Shown piece by piece: positions 19,423 through 27,544 of a stretch of DNA of 48,698 nucleotides. This stretch comes from a virus (taxonomy: Duplodnaviria; Caudoviricetes). Under the pieces are notes generated by a model that saw only the letters and a list, made by a program, of their open reading frames with translations, was not told the origin of the DNA and did not search any database. Made by a program: the position numbers and the translations under genes. The stretch lies in the IMG/VR virus record IMGVR_UViG_3300020045_006937, positions 1-48,698 of that record; one strand, written 5' to 3'. Numbering within the stretch: the first letter of the stretch is position 1; each line of letters begins with the position of its first letter.

Positions 19423-20282
19423 ATTAGCAACAAAAAGGAAGCCCTTTGAGAACCAACGTACAAATGTGTATGAGGAACAAAATAAGGGATACTTTTTCTA
19501 ATCTATGAATAGGCATACATGCCACGAAAGATATGATAGAGTTCAAACCAACATTCGCACATTAGAGGCGAGAGGGTATGTAAATTGAACACTGGAGAAT
19601 TGAGTTTGAATGTACAACAAACAAGACGTTCTTTGGTAGATTAGATAGCTAATAAATAAAGGGTTTAGAGGTGGAAAAATGATTGTAGTGTCCAATGTCC
19701 CCTCTTTACCTTTAAGATATTAAAAGCAACACAACGGACAAGGCTTAGGCACTGACCGCCCGAGCTTGTAAACAAAGGAGGGAAAGTGATGGGTAGCGAA
19801 CAGTTAAGACACTCATTAAACGTAATCAGCGAATAACTGTAATCGTTAAGAGGTGGTTGACCAGTTGCTTTTATAAGATAGTTGCATCTATGTAACGCTA
19901 TTGGTGTTGGTAAAATAATATAACCCGACTTCCTAATAGTCTACGATTGATGATTTATATGGACTGTAATGGTTCTTATATAATTGTAAGAGTAGATAAG
20001 TAGATGCAAAATAACCCCCGCCGATTTAAAATTGTTACAGAATTTGTAATTTTTAAATGTAAAGGTTTTGTGTTACAAAATTTGTATCAAAACAAAGTTG
20101 GCGGGGAAGTCACTAAAAATATGGAGGGGGAATTCTCATAGCGCGGACATGGCATAGATGAGAGTGTGAGAATGGTAGTTTGTGTCTAAAACCGCCCCCC
20201 TTCATATTTTACAAACATTAGCTGTTCTAGCATCGTTACTTACGCTAGTTTCTAAAGGAGGGTGCTCTAATCCCTCCACTAA
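19423..20282 (+). ncRNA. Tandem array of about six structured RNA modules
   Basis: No ORF of 60 aa or more; terminal stems at 19423/19653, 19658/19713, 19721/19873, 19882/20009, 20116/20210 and hairpins in 20218-20282. Confidence 0.7.
20035..20087. repeat. Paired TTACA-N5-TGTA(A) element 4
   Basis: Boxes 20035-49 and 20073-87, bracketed by CCCCGCC/GGCGGGG. Confidence 0.8.
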
Positions 20283-20303
20283 GAGTAAACTAAAACTAAA
20301 CCT

Positions 20304-20630
20304 ATGAACATTATAATCTCACTATTTATTTTATCTGCTATTGTATTTCCAATAGCATTGTATAAAAGGTCGAAATCCCTTAAATTTAGGCTTATAGAGC
20401 ACAATAATTTAGGATTGAAGTCTTATACTCCCCAAGTCAGAATCGACGGGATATGGCTTTATATTGTCATAAACAACGACTTTGTAATGGTTGATACAAA
20501 TATGGGTGACGCGTTTTTAGACGCTCACGATGCAATAGCTTTAATTGAAAATTTTAAATCGGCGGGACATTTTATAATCCTAAGCAACCGTAAACTTAAT
20601 AATAACGAGAAATCAATAATAATTGAATAA
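20304..20630 (+). CDS. Membrane-anchored hypothetical protein
   Basis: N-terminal TM helix. Confidence 0.7.
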   Translation: MNIIISLFILSAIVFPIALYKRSKSLKFRLIEHNNLGLKSYTPQVRIDGIWLYIVINNDFVMVDTNMGDAFLDAHDAIALIENFKSAGHFIILSNRKLNNNEKSIIIE

Positions 20631-21027
20631 TATGGGAAGTTATACAGAATTAATTTTCGGGGCAAGTCTTAAAAAAGAAACGCCGCCAGATGTAATTGAA
20701 ACGTTAAAGCATTATTGCGGATTAGTTGAATTGCCAGAAGAACAACTAGTATTTAAAACAAAGTCGGGGCGCAATCCGTTAAATATGGGCGGTAGTTATT
20801 ATTTTGGAGTTATTAATACTGACCCTCAAATGATTTATGATAAAATTCGCCCATCTTGGTATATTTCATCTAGAACTAATTTAAAGAATTACGAAAATGA
20901 AATTGAAGATTTTCTTAAATGGGTAAAACCATATTTAGATTCAGGTAGTGGTGAAAGAGAGTTTTATGCCATTGTAACTTATGAACAAGGAGAGCCGACA
21001 ATTTATTATTTAGAAGAAGAAGAATAG
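20623..21027 (+). CDS. Conserved phage hypothetical protein (likely start MGSYTEL at 20632)
   Basis: LKNYENEIEDFLKWVKPY motif. Confidence 0.8.
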   Translation: MNNMGSYTELIFGASLKKETPPDVIETLKHYCGLVELPEEQLVFKTKSGRNPLNMGGSYYFGVINTDPQMIYDKIRPSWYISSRTNLKNYENEIEDFLKWVKPYLDSGSGEREFYAIVTYEQGEPTIYYLEEEE

Positions 21028-21104
21028 CTTACGTAACCCAGTGATAATAATTAACCCTCCCCTCGCCCAAACTAACGGCATCTGCGGGAACAAAAATAAA
21101 GATT

Positions 21105-21347
21105 ATGAGTATTTATCAATTACATACTTATTTTAACATGAAACCACTCCACAATGAATGCGTTATTAATAACGCTCGTGTTGATTATGATGCGTGTTCT
21201 ACGGGGTCAAAAAAAGAAGCAGATGAGTTCTATGGAAAAAACTTTGATTATATGGGCTCAGGGTTTACTACCTATCATAACGGCACAAAAAACGATTGGA
21301 CAGAAGAACATCATTTTTACAAACTAAAGCCAATAAATAAAACATGA
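21105..21347 (+). CDS. Hypothetical protein
   Basis: Operon ORF. Confidence 0.7.
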   Translation: MSIYQLHTYFNMKPLHNECVINNARVDYDACSTGSKKEADEFYGKNFDYMGSGFTTYHNGTKNDWTEEHHFYKLKPINKT

Positions 21348-21580
21348 AACAACAAGACAAAAACTTTCTATTTACAATCAGAGATTTTAAATGGAATCAA
21401 GTAAGAAAAGACTCTAAGCGTAGAGTGATGAATATTTTTACTTCGCGGGGACTAACAAAGGAGTACGTTGATATGTGCTATGGAGAGATGGATTTATTCA
21501 CCGCCATTAAATTAATCAAATAAGAGTCCTGAACGAACTTTAGAGATTCAGTTTTAAGAGAAATTTAAATAAACAACCAA

Positions 21581-21736
21581 ATGGAAAACATTATAATAAC
21601 ATACTCGATTGCCTCTTATTTTATAATATTAGGCTCTTTAATTGATTGTAAAATAATAAGAATAGGACACGTTATGAGCTTTATTTTTTCGCCATTTACG
21701 GTTCTACTTTTAATAGGAATGAGACTTAATAATTAA
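21581..21736 (+). CDS. Small membrane protein (51 aa)
   Basis: MENIIITYSIASY..LIGMRLNN; paralog of 14882..15037. Confidence 0.7.
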   Translation: MENIIITYSIASYFIILGSLIDCKIIRIGHVMSFIFSPFTVLLLIGMRLNN

Positions 21737-21747
21737 CACCCAACCAA

Positions 21748-22452
21748 ATGGAAAGTAAGATAAAAGAATTATACGAAAAAGAAAGTGGTCGTAAGTGCCC
21801 AAATAATCAAATAGGATTTATGGATTGGCATACCGACTACATAAAATGGATTGAACAAAAACTACTCCAATCCCTTTCCCTCCCTCCCGATAAAGAGGTG
21901 GTGAGTGATGAGCTGTTAGAGGCTTTAATTACATTAAGTGAATTGGTTAAAAATGCGGGGCATGATTTATGGCTTGAACATTCAGGAAGTAACAACGCAA
22001 TTAAAAAACACAAAGAATCCCGCCTCTCCAATGTAAAAGAGGGGGAGGTAATGAGCCTGTTTAATTCTGATAAATTTATTCAAAATGTATGTCTTAGTTA
22101 TCGCCACGATTTTGGATTAATGTCAGAGAAAGATAAGCAACTAATATTGTTTGAATGCAAAGAGTGGATGAGGGCAATAACTAACAACTCTCCAAAATCC
22201 CCCTCCACCGAAACGGATAAGAGTGAGGCGGTGGAGTTTGGTGATGATTTTGAAGGAGAGCGACCTGAAAAATACTTAATTAACTCAATATTCTCAAATG
22301 TAAAACAGATTGATGCGATTGATTTTACTGAGTGGATTTATAATAATGATATTGAAAAAGCCGCTAATAATAGATGGTATATGGTTAAAAAAAGAGAATT
22401 TAAAACAACCCAAGAACTCTACTCAATCTACAAACAATCTAAAACTAAATAA
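21748..22452 (+). CDS. Mosaic hypothetical protein, right-arm cassette gene
   Basis: Contains four anchors shared with 14428..14871 and 13986..14426, plus an insert identical to part of 10138..10383. Confidence 0.85.
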   Translation: MESKIKELYEKESGRKCPNNQIGFMDWHTDYIKWIEQKLLQSLSLPPDKEVVSDELLEALITLSELVKNAGHDLWLEHSGSNNAIKKHKESRLSNVKEGEVMSLFNSDKFIQNVCLSYRHDFGLMSEKDKQLILFECKEWMRAITNNSPKSPSTETDKSEAVEFGDDFEGERPEKYLINSIFSNVKQIDAIDFTEWIYNNDIEKAANNRWYMVKKREFKTTQELYSIYKQSKTK

Positions 22453-22454
22453 AT

Positions 22455-22535
22455 TCCAATAGTATATGGTGGCGTTCGAAACAAGCTTATTTTGGAAATC
22501 TTATAAGGGTGGATTAAAGCCTAAGTACTATTGGA
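22455..22535 (+). ncRNA. Stem-closed RNA-like module in a cassette slot
   Basis: TCCAATAGTA 22455-64 pairs perfectly with TACTATTGGA 22526-35. Confidence 0.45.
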
Positions 22536-22567
22536 TATTTTATAACCAATCTAAAGGTTAAAGGGAA

Positions 22568-22738
22568 ATGAGAAAGTATTATATAAAAGAAGGGTATAAC
22601 GATGAGATTCAGATTTCTGTTTATAAAGTTTACAAACGTAGACTATTTGGATTACTAAATCCTAAATATATCACTTGGTTTTTTTATAAGGCAAACGCAG
22701 AAAGGCATATTAAATATTTAACCACCCCTAAACCATAA
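22568..22738 (+). CDS. Small hypothetical protein (56 aa)
   Basis: MRKYYIKEG..YLTTPKP; same start and end anchors as 13426..13785. Confidence 0.65.
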   Translation: MRKYYIKEGYNDEIQISVYKVYKRRLFGLLNPKYITWFFYKANAERHIKYLTTPKP

Positions 22739-22743
22739 GAGAG

Positions 22744-23103
22744 ATGAAGAAAGGATGTAAAAAAGCATTACCACAATCAATAGGTATATTATTTATCAGA
22801 TGGAATTTATGTAATAGAGTTGCCGTTGCTGTTGCATATTTTGAAGAAGGTGAGATGGTTTATATGACTATTAGTAAGAGTAAGATGATGAAACTATGTG
22901 ATAATTTTCTGTCAAATAATGTTACTTACGAATTTATTTCAAATTATCCAATAGCGATGAAAAATAAAAAAATAAACGAAGTGGTTTGGAACAATATGGC
23001 TATTCAGCAAAACGGAATTTTAGAATTAAAAACAACATCACAAATTGCATATAAATTAAACAAAGAAGGTTTTAACAAATTTGCTAAAATTTATCTTAAA
23101 TAA
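22744..23103 (+). CDS. Hypothetical protein
   Basis: Operon ORF between anchors 8 and 9. Confidence 0.7.
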   Translation: MKKGCKKALPQSIGILFIRWNLCNRVAVAVAYFEEGEMVYMTISKSKMMKLCDNFLSNNVTYEFISNYPIAMKNKKINEVVWNNMAIQQNGILELKTTSQIAYKLNKEGFNKFAKIYLK

Positions 23104-23118
23104 CCCCCCCCCACAAAA

Positions 23119-23628
23119 ATGAGCCAAGATAAAACGAAAGAGGAAGTAATACAAGAAGCAGAACAATTTAAAAGTAATTATTACAGTTACTTTAACGAAA
23201 AAGGAATACGGGTATATGAAGCAATAACAGTAGTTAAAATGCTTAATGATTACGCCCACCACCAACTCACCCAAGCTAAGGGGGAGATTGAAAGGTTGCG
23301 AATGGAATTATCCGTAATAGAAGAAGAAAAATTACAAACAGAATTACAGTGCTTAATAGAAGAAAGGAAAGCCGATAAGCTCCAATCCCTCCTCACCCAA
23401 AAAGACAAAGAGAATGAGGCTAAGTGGATAAGTGTTGATGAGAGGTTGCCTGAGAATGAACAAGATGATATTAGTAAAGTAAAATTGAGTAAAAAAGTAT
23501 TAGTAGTTTATAGTACGGGAATTATCAATACTGCATTTTATGATTATGAGTTTAATCGGTTTACTTGTGAACTTTACGATATTGTAACCCATTGGATGCC
23601 CTTACCACCTAATCCATCAAACGAATGA
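23119..23628 (+). CDS. Mosaic protein with C-terminal DUF551-like domain
   Basis: WISVDERLP..VTHWMPLP; anchors shared with 12699..13154. Confidence 0.8.
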   Translation: MSQDKTKEEVIQEAEQFKSNYYSYFNEKGIRVYEAITVVKMLNDYAHHQLTQAKGEIERLRMELSVIEEEKLQTELQCLIEERKADKLQSLLTQKDKENEAKWISVDERLPENEQDDISKVKLSKKVLVVYSTGIINTAFYDYEFNRFTCELYDIVTHWMPLPPNPSNE

Positions 23629-23848
23629 GCTAAATAGTGGCGAAGCCCCCGACCAAATAACCCTAACCCGTCAGAACAGAAAAATATGACCTACGAAAAC
23701 CAAATAAAAGCCCTAGAGCTAAAAGCTATAAAATACGCTGAGAAAAATCTTATAGATGAGATGATTGACGCTATTACAGAAATGATGCTAATAACAGATA
23801 AATATCTGGGTATTACAAATGAATATTTAGAGGATAAGAAATAATGCT

Positions 23849-23964
23849 TATATTTGTATCGCTTCTCAGTTATGAAAATATTTAAAAAATCCCTTTGCCT
23901 TTACATTGCCATTGCGCTTTTCGCGCCACTGGGAAGCCTTTGTATTGGTGAGGGGTACTTTTTT
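23849..23964 (+). promoter_or_regulatory. Promoter (-7 TATATTTG) plus structured leader
   Basis: GCTTCTCAGT 23861-70 pairs ACTGGGAAGC 23928-37 inside hairpin 23891-99/23947-55, followed by T-run. Confidence 0.55.
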
Positions 23965-24642
23965 ATGCAGTCAGGAATTTACAAGTTAGAGTGGAAAGAA
24001 CAGGGCTATTATTACATAGGACAATCTCAACAATTAACCGAAAGAGCCTATCAGCATAAAAGAAGGCTTACAAGAAAAGACCATGAAAACAAAGCGTTGC
24101 AATCTGTATATAACAAATACGGCATTTTTGAATTTATTATATTAGAATATTGTGAAATAAATAAATTAAACGAAAGAGAGCAATATTATTTAGACCTTTA
24201 TTTCAAAAATAGAAAATGTTGCAACAACTCCCCCACAGCAACAAGCGTTAGGGGCTTTAAATGGTCAGATGAATCAAAAGAAAGATTAAGGCAAACAAAA
24301 TTAGGAACAACGCAGTCTGATGAGCAAAAAGAAAAGTCACGTCAGATGATGTTAAAAAGATATGCTGAAGGATATAGTCCAAAAAGAATGAATGGCAAGC
24401 TTAATGGATTTTATAAGAAAAAGCACGATTTAATTACTAAAATTATAATGTCTCAAAAAAAACAAGGCGTTTATGATGGTGTGAAAAATCCAAGAGCTAC
24501 ATTAATTATTAATTTAGAAACTGGAATATATTATGATACCATAATAGAAGCTTATCAATCTACATCTCATTTAACAGAGGGAATGCTTAGACATTATTTA
24601 TCAAAAGGAAGAAAAAATTATTCATATTTCATAAGGGCTTGA
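23965..24642 (+). CDS. GIY-YIG homing endonuclease with NUMOD3-like repeats (start revised)
   Basis: MQSGIYKL..YYIGQS..REQYYL..; SDESKERL and SDEQKEK repeats. Confidence 0.9.
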   Translation: MQSGIYKLEWKEQGYYYIGQSQQLTERAYQHKRRLTRKDHENKALQSVYNKYGIFEFIILEYCEINKLNEREQYYLDLYFKNRKCCNNSPTATSVRGFKWSDESKERLRQTKLGTTQSDEQKEKSRQMMLKRYAEGYSPKRMNGKLNGFYKKKHDLITKIIMSQKKQGVYDGVKNPRATLIINLETGIYYDTIIEAYQSTSHLTEGMLRHYLSKGRKNYSYFIRA

Positions 24643-26171
24643 GTATACTAAGAAAATATCAGCAGGAGGCAATCGACACCACTTTATCTAAATTAGAGAA
24701 GGGTATTAATCGTTCCATAATTGTTTTACCAACAGGCGCGGGAAAAACGAAAACAGCCGTTAGCCTTGTAAAACAAGCTGGATTTAAGAGTGTATTATTT
24801 TGCTCAGATAGTGAAGAATTAATTGAACAATCGGCAATGGCTTTTATTAGAGAAGCTTTTGATGAACGGCTATCTAATCACATACAAGAGCAAGGATTTT
24901 TAAATTATGTAAAAGACGGCGGAATATTTGCAGGAAGTCCGTACAAAATAGGAGCAATTAAAGCCTCTTTGTTTCAGCCTTACGGCAATATAGTCGCTTG
25001 CAGTTTACAAACGCTATACCGCCGTTTAGACCTATTAAAACCCGACCAATTCGATTGTGTTATAATTGATGAATGTCATGGTGCAACGGCGAAAACTTGG
25101 GTACAGTCGATAAACTACCTAAAGCCAAAATTATTATTAGGATTGACGGCAACTCCTGTACGCACCGACGGTGTGTCACTTGGAACTGTTTTTGATGAGA
25201 TAGTTTATGAGTATAAGCTAAAGGATGCTATTGAACAGGGTTACCTTTGCGAAATTGATGCCATACGAGTTAAAACTAATATAAGCTTAGATTCAGTAAA
25301 AACAACCGCTGGGGATTTAAACCAAAAAGAACTTTCAGAAGAAATAAATTGTTACGCCAGAAATAAACTTATTGTTGATTCTTATCTTAAATACGCTAAA
25401 GGACGTAAAGGGATTTTCTTTTGTGTAACAATACAACACTGCTTAGACCTATTAGAAGTCTTTTTAGAAGCTGGAATTAAAGCAAAGGCTGTTAGCTCCA
25501 ATGAAGAATTAACAGGCGACAGAAGTCTTACAATTAAGCAATACAAGGATAATGAATTTGACGTACTGATTAATGTTTCGATAGTTTGCAAAGGTTTTGA
25601 TGACCCAGAAACATCTTGTGTAGGAAACGCTTGTCCAACTAAATCTTATACTAAGTGGGCACAAGGAATTGGACGCGGATTGCGTTTAAAGCAGGGCGAA
25701 TTTAAAGACTGTGTGATTTTGGACTTTGTAGATAATACATCTAAGCACTCACTTGTAAATTCTTTTTCTTTAGACAAAGGCTTGCCTCCAGAAGAAAGAG
25801 TTTATATTACCTCCAAAGACAGAGAAAAACTAATTGAAGCAAGGAGAGTAAGAATTGAAGGTAAAACTAACAAAGATGAAAGGGTACAGCTATTACCTAT
25901 TATGACTCCTAAGTTTAAAACTACTATTAAATCTACTGAATTAGCTGATGACCAACAGAAAGCTCACTTAAAGTTTTTAGGATTTGATACAGATGAAACG
26001 GTTTATACAAGGGAGAATTATAGAGAGATAATTGGTTCTTTTCCCGCCGATTCTGAACAAATTTTTGAGCTTAAAAAGTTCGGATTTAAGATGGATTCCC
26101 CTATTACAAGGTCACAAGCAAGTTACTCCCTTTATATGTATAAAAACGATAAAATAAAACAGAAACGATGA
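24639..26171 (+). CDS. Superfamily 2 DExH helicase (ResIII/IRC3-like)
   Basis: LRKYQ, PTGAGKT, DECH, TAT, QGIGRGLR. Confidence 0.95.
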   Translation: MSILRKYQQEAIDTTLSKLEKGINRSIIVLPTGAGKTKTAVSLVKQAGFKSVLFCSDSEELIEQSAMAFIREAFDERLSNHIQEQGFLNYVKDGGIFAGSPYKIGAIKASLFQPYGNIVACSLQTLYRRLDLLKPDQFDCVIIDECHGATAKTWVQSINYLKPKLLLGLTATPVRTDGVSLGTVFDEIVYEYKLKDAIEQGYLCEIDAIRVKTNISLDSVKTTAGDLNQKELSEEINCYARNKLIVDSYLKYAKGRKGIFFCVTIQHCLDLLEVFLEAGIKAKAVSSNEELTGDRSLTIKQYKDNEFDVLINVSIVCKGFDDPETSCVGNACPTKSYTKWAQGIGRGLRLKQGEFKDCVILDFVDNTSKHSLVNSFSLDKGLPPEERVYITSKDREKLIEARRVRIEGKTNKDERVQLLPIMTPKFKTTIKSTELADDQQKAHLKFLGFDTDETVYTRENYREIIGSFPADSEQIFELKKFGFKMDSPITRSQASYSLYMYKNDKIKQKR

Positions 26172-26356
26172 TAGCGTTAAAATTTTTTATTCTTTGTGCA
26201 ACCCTTATGTTATTAGTGCTTCTATCCACAAAAATAGCCACTCATCATTATAAAACATACAAAGGCGATGACCCTCTTTATATTATTTACGGAATGTGTG
26301 CTGTTATTATTTGGGGAACAATAATGATATTTGTTTTTGGTAATAATCTTAGATAA
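26168..26356 (+). CDS. Small two-TM membrane protein
   Basis: Hydrophobic pattern; ATGA coupling. Confidence 0.65.
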   Translation: MIALKFFILCATLMLLVLLSTKIATHHYKTYKGDDPLYIIYGMCAVIIWGTIMIFVFGNNLR

Positions 26357-26357
26357 A

Positions 26358-26412
26358 TTACAAAAAACTGTAACAAAATAATTAACTTCATAAAAATTAC
26401 AAATAACTGAAA
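26358..26412. repeat. Paired element 5 (second box TTACA-N6-TGAAA)
   Basis: Boxes 26358-73 and 26397-412. Confidence 0.7.
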
Positions 26413-26415
26413 CAA

Positions 26416-26853
26416 ATGGAAAACGAAATCGGCGGGACAACCCCCCTAAAAACCCTAAAGGGGACAGTTGAATATGAAATTAACTTCTTAGATGAAAGTA
26501 TAGAATTTCAATACTCCCCCCAATCTGATGAGATTAATCTACTCGCATTATTCATAGCAGAAGAATGTGCTTTAAGAGCTAAAGCGAATATCACTGAGTT
26601 CTTAAAAGCTAACCCTAAACATCCTGACTATAAAAAAATGGAAGACCGTTTAAACTGGGCGGGAAAGACCGCTAAAGGACTACAAATCCAACAACAAGCT
26701 TTCATTGAAATGATGATGGCAGAACCCTCAGATATTGAAAAGTTGAAGGAGAGTCGTAAAACTGAGATTGCTGGTAAAATCAAAGATTTAGAAGCTAAAA
26801 TACAGTCAGGAGAGATTAAATTAACGGAGCAAAATATACCAACAGAAGAATGA
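26416..26853 (+). CDS. Hypothetical protein
   Basis: Operon ORF. Confidence 0.75.
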   Translation: MENEIGGTTPLKTLKGTVEYEINFLDESIEFQYSPQSDEINLLALFIAEECALRAKANITEFLKANPKHPDYKKMEDRLNWAGKTAKGLQIQQQAFIEMMMAEPSDIEKLKESRKTEIAGKIKDLEAKIQSGEIKLTEQNIPTEE

Positions 26854-27197
26854 GAGAAATAAAGTTTAGAGCGTTTCACAAAATTGGAGGAATGAAATAT
26901 TCGTTTGATGGATGGAACTCAGAAGTATGTGTTTTAACTGATGTATGGAAATACATTGAAGATTACGGATATACCGTAATGCAATACACAGGCTTAAAAG
27001 ACAAGAACGGTAAAGAGATTTATGAGGGGGATGTGATTAAAAAAGGAGAGTGCGTTTATAAAGTTGCGTTTGGAAGCGGAGCTTTTATTTTTCAAGGAAT
27101 ATCGCATAGGAACTCAGGATATTTTACACACTCCCCTTCAGATGAATTTGAAATTTTAGGAAACATTTACGAAAACCCTGAATTAATTAAAAAATGA
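26850..27197 (+). CDS. YopX family protein
   Basis: MREIKFRA..MQYTGLKDKNGKEIYEGD..GNIYENPEL. Confidence 0.95.
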   Translation: MREIKFRAFHKIGGMKYSFDGWNSEVCVLTDVWKYIEDYGYTVMQYTGLKDKNGKEIYEGDVIKKGECVYKVAFGSGAFIFQGISHRNSGYFTHSPSDEFEILGNIYENPELIKK

Positions 27198-27544
27198 CCA
27201 AACAAAAAGTTATAGCCATATTAAAAAAATACGCCCTTGTCCCTAACTCAAAGGGAACAAAGATGTTTATATCTGAGGACTCAATTCCTGAAATCGCTGG
27301 AAAGATAATGGAGCTAAATAAAAATAGCTTTATCCCGCCGAGTTTAGACGAAGTAAAGGAATTTGTTAAGAGCAAAGGCTACAGTGAAGAATGCGCTATT
27401 AAGGCTTTTGATTACTACGAAGCTATGTATTGGAAAGATAACAATGGCAAACAAGTTAAAAGCTGGAAGGGTAAGATTATAGCTATATGGCTAAAACCAG
27501 AATATAAATTAACAGAAAAAGAAAACGGAGGAATGGTTTACTAA
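27194..27544 (+). CDS. Replication-initiator C-terminal-like domain protein
   Basis: FIPPSLDEV..AFDYYEAMYW..VKSWK..W pattern. Confidence 0.65.
   Translation: MTKQKVIAILKKYALVPNSKGTKMFISEDSIPEIAGKIMELNKNSFIPPSLDEVKEFVKSKGYSEECAIKAFDYYEAMYWKDNNGKQVKSWKGKIIAIWLKPEYKLTEKENGGMVY

Noticed and set aside
19944-19960. Hammerhead core (TTGATGA)
   Set aside because: Lacks CTGANGA and a matching GAAA with the required stems
12699-23628. CRISPR array or DGR explanation for the anchors
   Set aside because: Anchors differ from one another, inserts vary widely in length, no cas or reverse transcriptase gene is seen, and differences are not adenine-specific
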